DNA of 56,474 nt from positions 1-56,474 of IMG/VR virus record IMGVR_UViG_3300006737_000004; one strand, given 5' to 3'. Below the pieces are notes generated by a model. The model had not been told where the DNA came from, did not search any database, and saw nothing but the letters and a program-made list of their open reading frames with translations. Both the position numbers and the translations under genes were made by a program. This DNA is from a virus. Taxonomy: Duplodnaviria; Caudoviricetes. This document shows positions 52,894 through 56,474 of this stretch, in pieces; the stretch's first letter is position 1, and every line of letters begins with the position of its first letter.

Positions 52894-55800
52894 TCCCTTT
52901 GCAAATGTAACACTGGGATCTGAAACTAAAGACCCGTTTGCAGATGTTACACTAGGCCCATCTCAAAAATTAAAACTTCCTGAAGCAGGAACATACTCTC
53001 AAGATGATATGGCAGATGATGATGCTATGTACTCTATTATTGAGGGATATATGGCAGACAGATATGGTTCTCAATCTTTTGAGGGAGAGAGTAGAGAGTC
53101 TGTTGTAGATAGTTTTTTAAATAATCGTAGGGGTGTAGTCTCAGGCAACAGTGTGCGTGGGTTGTCTGAAATGGATTACATCAACGACATACAAGATGAC
53201 ACTGAAAAGAAAGCACGAGCTGCTGCTGCATACCAGTTGTATGAAAATATGGCTGGTATTTTTAGTGATGAGACTACCTTTGGAGAAAAAGCAGAAGGTG
53301 TAATGGATTTTACTAGGAGTGTAATCTTAGATCCAGTAAACCTAGTAGGTGGTTTGATAGGTAAAGCTGCTGCAAATGTTTCCCTTCGTGTAGGTACATC
53401 TGCTGCTAAACGTGCAGCTTATGAAGCTATGAAAAAGGGAGGTTCTAAAAAAGTTGTTGATGCAGCAGGTACGAAAGTATTTACTGATGGTTTGAAGGTA
53501 GCTCGTACAACAAGTAAGGCTAGGATATCAAACTACGCCCAACAAACTCTAGGAAAAACTGCAGCTCAGAGGTTAGCTACTAAATCTGCCCTTGCAGAAA
53601 TTGGAATTGTCACTGCAATAGATGCTACAATGGGTGCTGGTATGGAGTACCTGTATCAAGATGGTCTTATTGATGTCGATGCACAAGAAGATATGAACTG
53701 GGCTTCCGTTGGTATAGCTGCAGCAGGTGGTATTATACTAGGTGGTATACAAGCTGGATTAATTGCAAGGCGTGGTACAAGTGGTACTGTTGTACAAGAG
53801 TTTGCAGAACCAGAAGTTGAAGGGGTATTAGCTGATGTATCTCAAGCTATTGCTAAGTATCTGGAACAAGATGTTGTACCTATTGGTCCAGATTGGAAAG
53901 TTAAACTCGAAAAAGGTGCAGTGCTTTCTAAAGATAGTTTAGATTTTAGTTCTGACTTTTTTAAAGTTTTAATGTTGGGTCATAAAAAAGATGATGAAGT
54001 TGTATTTAAAGGATTAACTCAGACTCTCTTCGAAAAGGGTTTTGTGTGGTCGCCTCGTTTTGAGGGGGATCGTTTTACAAATTGGGTTGCAGACATTGTT
54101 TCAGACGCAAGTAATAAAGAAGCACAGGATTTACTAGACTCGATAGAGAAAGCTACAGGAAATAAGATAGAAGTTCGTGGAGATAGCGGTCAAGTAATAC
54201 CAAGATCTGAAGTAACTGGTAGAGACATTGGAGACATTCTTTCTTATAAGATGTCAGAGTATGGCAAAGCTCTTGGTGTTGTAGGTCAGTCAGCTAAACA
54301 ACTTGGGATATCTATTTCAGATGCAGAGCTAAAAGATTTATATCAAGCTGCTCTTGATAATGGTCTTATAAAAAGTAGTAAGAGTGTTAAAAAAGATCCT
54401 AGTATTTTATCAGAAGGATTTCAGAAAGGTCAAAATAGATTAATAAGGTTGTTGGTAGCCCACCCCTCTACAAGTGCCCTCAATGTAATTGGTTGGGGAG
54501 CTAATACCGCCCTACAAAGTAGCTCTGATATGGTAAGTGCTTTGCTATATGCAGGTAGAGGAACTGTTCAAAGACTTGTTGGTGATGTAGAGGCTGGTAA
54601 AAATTCTCAACAACTTGCTTCAGCTCTTATCAAAGCTAATGCATCAAGAGTAAAATTCTTTTTTGATCCTGACATGACTTATACAGCATTTCAAGCTGCA
54701 CTTACAAGAAACTCAGAGGCACTTCAAAGATTAGATAGTGTACTCCCAGGAGGTGTAGAAGGTGTAAATAATGTTATAACAGGGGGTAAATTTTCTGCTA
54801 ATCAAAAGCTGTTGGGCCTTGCGATAGACGACAAGATTGACCTTGTTCAAAAATTAACTCTTGTACAGGCACAAGATTCATTTACAAAATCTCAAGAGTT
54901 TCTATTTCAGATGGATAAAAAACTTAGGGTAGCTACAGGTAAAGGTTGGAATGAGTTTAATACGGCTGATAAAATTGGGAGTATGACTCGTGGAGAGTAC
55001 ATGGCAACTCAAGCATACAGAGACATAGAAGCAAGTGCAGTTGAAGATACCCTCGAAGCTATATTTTCTAAGTCTTATAAGGGTAGAGGTAGTATAGGTA
55101 AGATAGCTGGACTCTTAGAAGATGCTAGAAATTTTCCTATAATTGGTATGCAAATTCCTTTTGGAAGATTCTTTAATAACACTGTTGCATTTATGGGTAA
55201 GAATACTCCTGGAGTTAACTTGGCATTAAAGGGTGCTGGATTTTTTGATGATATGTCAAAGACAGAAGCTTTGTCTAGGTCTTTTGTTTCTCTTGGTATT
55301 TTATATACGTTAATAGAAAAAGAAAAAGATTATATAAGACAGGGGTTGCCTATGTATAGTGCAGTAGACCCCTTAACTGGAGAAACAATAAGTCAGCAGT
55401 ATGACTTTCCTATTTCAGCTTATAAGGCTGGAGCTAGGGTGTGGGCATTAGTTTTTATGGGTGAAACACAACAAGCTCGTGAAGCTGCTAAAAATTTTGG
55501 TTTAGATTTCGGACCTTCTGGGTTATTTAGAACACTAAATAAAAACCAAAGAGACCTTTATGAATCTATAGAGATGTTAGTAGATCCTGAAAGACGTGAT
55601 GTAAGAAAGGCTTTAGAAATTGCTTCAGTAAGTCTAGCATCTCAGTATGCAAACCCACTGACTCGACCTTTAGAACCTGTAAATATTGTTGCAGGTTTAG
55701 CTAGGGGAGAAGATGCTGCACCTATAGACAGGAGTCAAAACAGTAGGCTCATAAACAATGCACTTCGTTACGTAGATAATATCATACCCCTGTTTACAGG

Positions 55801-56356
55801 AGAGCCTCTCGCAGAAGCAAGAGAGAGTGCAGCAGCAGGTAGAGCAGACATACAATCTACAAAAGTATTAGGTGTTAGAACTATTAGGCTTACAGATACT
55901 CAACGTGTAATGGCACGTATGGGTCTGCCAGAGTTTGATATTAATGCTGCATATAAAATAAGAGAGCAAGTACCCGAAGCTGCTAATGCTTACAATGGTA
56001 TACTGTTTGATGTAATAGAAGCAGAATCAGGACTACTGTTAGAATCAGGTTGGTTTGAAACTTTAGATCCATCTGAAAAGTTGCATCACTGGAAACAAGA
56101 TGTTTTACCTAGAGCTAAAGAGTTAGCTAAAGTTTTTTTACGTATGCAATATTCAGATTTAGAAGATGTAATTCCATTACAGTTTGACCTAACCAGTAAG
56201 TACTCTAAAAAAGATGTCCAAAAAGCAACGAAAGAATTGAATCTCGGAGATATTGAAGACCTAGATCCAGCAGAACTCTTCATCTTACAGCAACACTTAG
56301 CTGTTCAAAAAGATCTGAAGGATCTAGACATCTTCAAGAAACAGATGGGGAACTAA
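52853..56356 (+). CDS. Large internal virion (ejection) protein
   Basis: 1167 aa, last gene of the arm; DP.N..G, LV.HP.T...N..GW and PFGRFFNN; start probably ATG at 52865. Confidence 0.75.
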   Translation: MEFYMTPTETQSSDPFANVTLGSETKDPFADVTLGPSQKLKLPEAGTYSQDDMADDDAMYSIIEGYMADRYGSQSFEGESRESVVDSFLNNRRGVVSGNSVRGLSEMDYINDIQDDTEKKARAAAAYQLYENMAGIFSDETTFGEKAEGVMDFTRSVILDPVNLVGGLIGKAAANVSLRVGTSAAKRAAYEAMKKGGSKKVVDAAGTKVFTDGLKVARTTSKARISNYAQQTLGKTAAQRLATKSALAEIGIVTAIDATMGAGMEYLYQDGLIDVDAQEDMNWASVGIAAAGGIILGGIQAGLIARRGTSGTVVQEFAEPEVEGVLADVSQAIAKYLEQDVVPIGPDWKVKLEKGAVLSKDSLDFSSDFFKVLMLGHKKDDEVVFKGLTQTLFEKGFVWSPRFEGDRFTNWVADIVSDASNKEAQDLLDSIEKATGNKIEVRGDSGQVIPRSEVTGRDIGDILSYKMSEYGKALGVVGQSAKQLGISISDAELKDLYQAALDNGLIKSSKSVKKDPSILSEGFQKGQNRLIRLLVAHPSTSALNVIGWGANTALQSSSDMVSALLYAGRGTVQRLVGDVEAGKNSQQLASALIKANASRVKFFFDPDMTYTAFQAALTRNSEALQRLDSVLPGGVEGVNNVITGGKFSANQKLLGLAIDDKIDLVQKLTLVQAQDSFTKSQEFLFQMDKKLRVATGKGWNEFNTADKIGSMTRGEYMATQAYRDIEASAVEDTLEAIFSKSYKGRGSIGKIAGLLEDARNFPIIGMQIPFGRFFNNTVAFMGKNTPGVNLALKGAGFFDDMSKTEALSRSFVSLGILYTLIEKEKDYIRQGLPMYSAVDPLTGETISQQYDFPISAYKAGARVWALVFMGETQQAREAAKNFGLDFGPSGLFRTLNKNQRDLYESIEMLVDPERRDVRKALEIASVSLASQYANPLTRPLEPVNIVAGLARGEDAAPIDRSQNSRLINNALRYVDNIIPLFTGEPLAEARESAAAGRADIQSTKVLGVRTIRLTDTQRVMARMGLPEFDINAAYKIREQVPEAANAYNGILFDVIEAESGLLLESGWFETLDPSEKLHHWKQDVLPRAKELAKVFLRMQYSDLEDVIPLQFDLTSKYSKKDVQKATKELNLGDIEDLDPAELFILQQHLAVQKDLKDLDIFKKQMGN

Positions 56357-56474
56357 TCCTCTAGCATTTTATCAGCCCACTCGAAGGCCTCATGCTTTAT
56401 TTCTTCAACCCTAGCTCGCCCCTGATGAGCCGCCAAAAGCCCTGCAAGAGCTTGTCCTGCAAGGTAAAGGCGTG
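56352..56474 (+). repeat. Terminal duplication, copy 2
   Basis: Identical to 1-123. Confidence 0.9.

Larger units (their letters stand above)
1..56474. mobile_element. Complete tailed bacteriophage genome (podovirus-like, two divergent arms), probably infecting marine Rhodobacterales
   Basis: Terminase, portal, capsid, tail tube, fibres and internal virion genes plus a T7-like replisome; ends overlap exactly, so the contig is circular; no tape measure or tail sheath gene recognised. Confidence 0.95.

Noticed and set aside
56352-56474. 123-bp terminal repeat as a biological direct terminal repeat
   Set aside because: It lies within coding sequence at the convergence of the arms and looks like an assembler overlap; real termini more likely lie in 17455-19316

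Overview
This window is an apparently complete, circularly assembled dsDNA podovirus-like phage genome of about 56,351 bp; positions 1-123 repeat exactly at 56352-56474. It has two arms that diverge from a ~1.85 kb non-coding region (17455-19316) and meet tail-to-tail at the window ends. The minus-strand arm carries early genes, an M28-like peptidase, a tyrosine recombinase, ThyX, a T7-like primase-helicase, a family A DNA polymerase, SSB, nucleases, MazG and a class II (B12-dependent) ribonucleotide reductase. The plus-strand arm carries lysis genes, a cluster of small Lys-rich proteins, terminase, portal, a 1938-aa modular protein, scaffold, capsid, tail tube proteins, four tail fibres (three with S74 chaperones) and internal virion proteins. 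No RNA polymerase, tRNA or CRISPR array was seen. Gene content, a DUF1127 gene and RPxARP motifs suggest a marine Rhodobacterales (Roseobacter-group) host. The layout resembles cobavirus-like replication joined to HMO-2011-like morphogenesis (inference from memory, not a search). The most unusual signals are: (i) a recurrent [FMY]xxGG tag that delimits modules in the giant protein and ends several small basic proteins; (ii) a ~21-bp-phased array of CTATMC-N4-GKATAG palindromes in the non-coding region; (iii) an RP[KR]ARP motif in five unrelated proteins; (iv) small ArfA-like, RMF-like and DUF1127 proteins, two of them missing from the ORF track; (v) TACTTAAGTA boxes at two promoters; (vi) structured RNA leaders.
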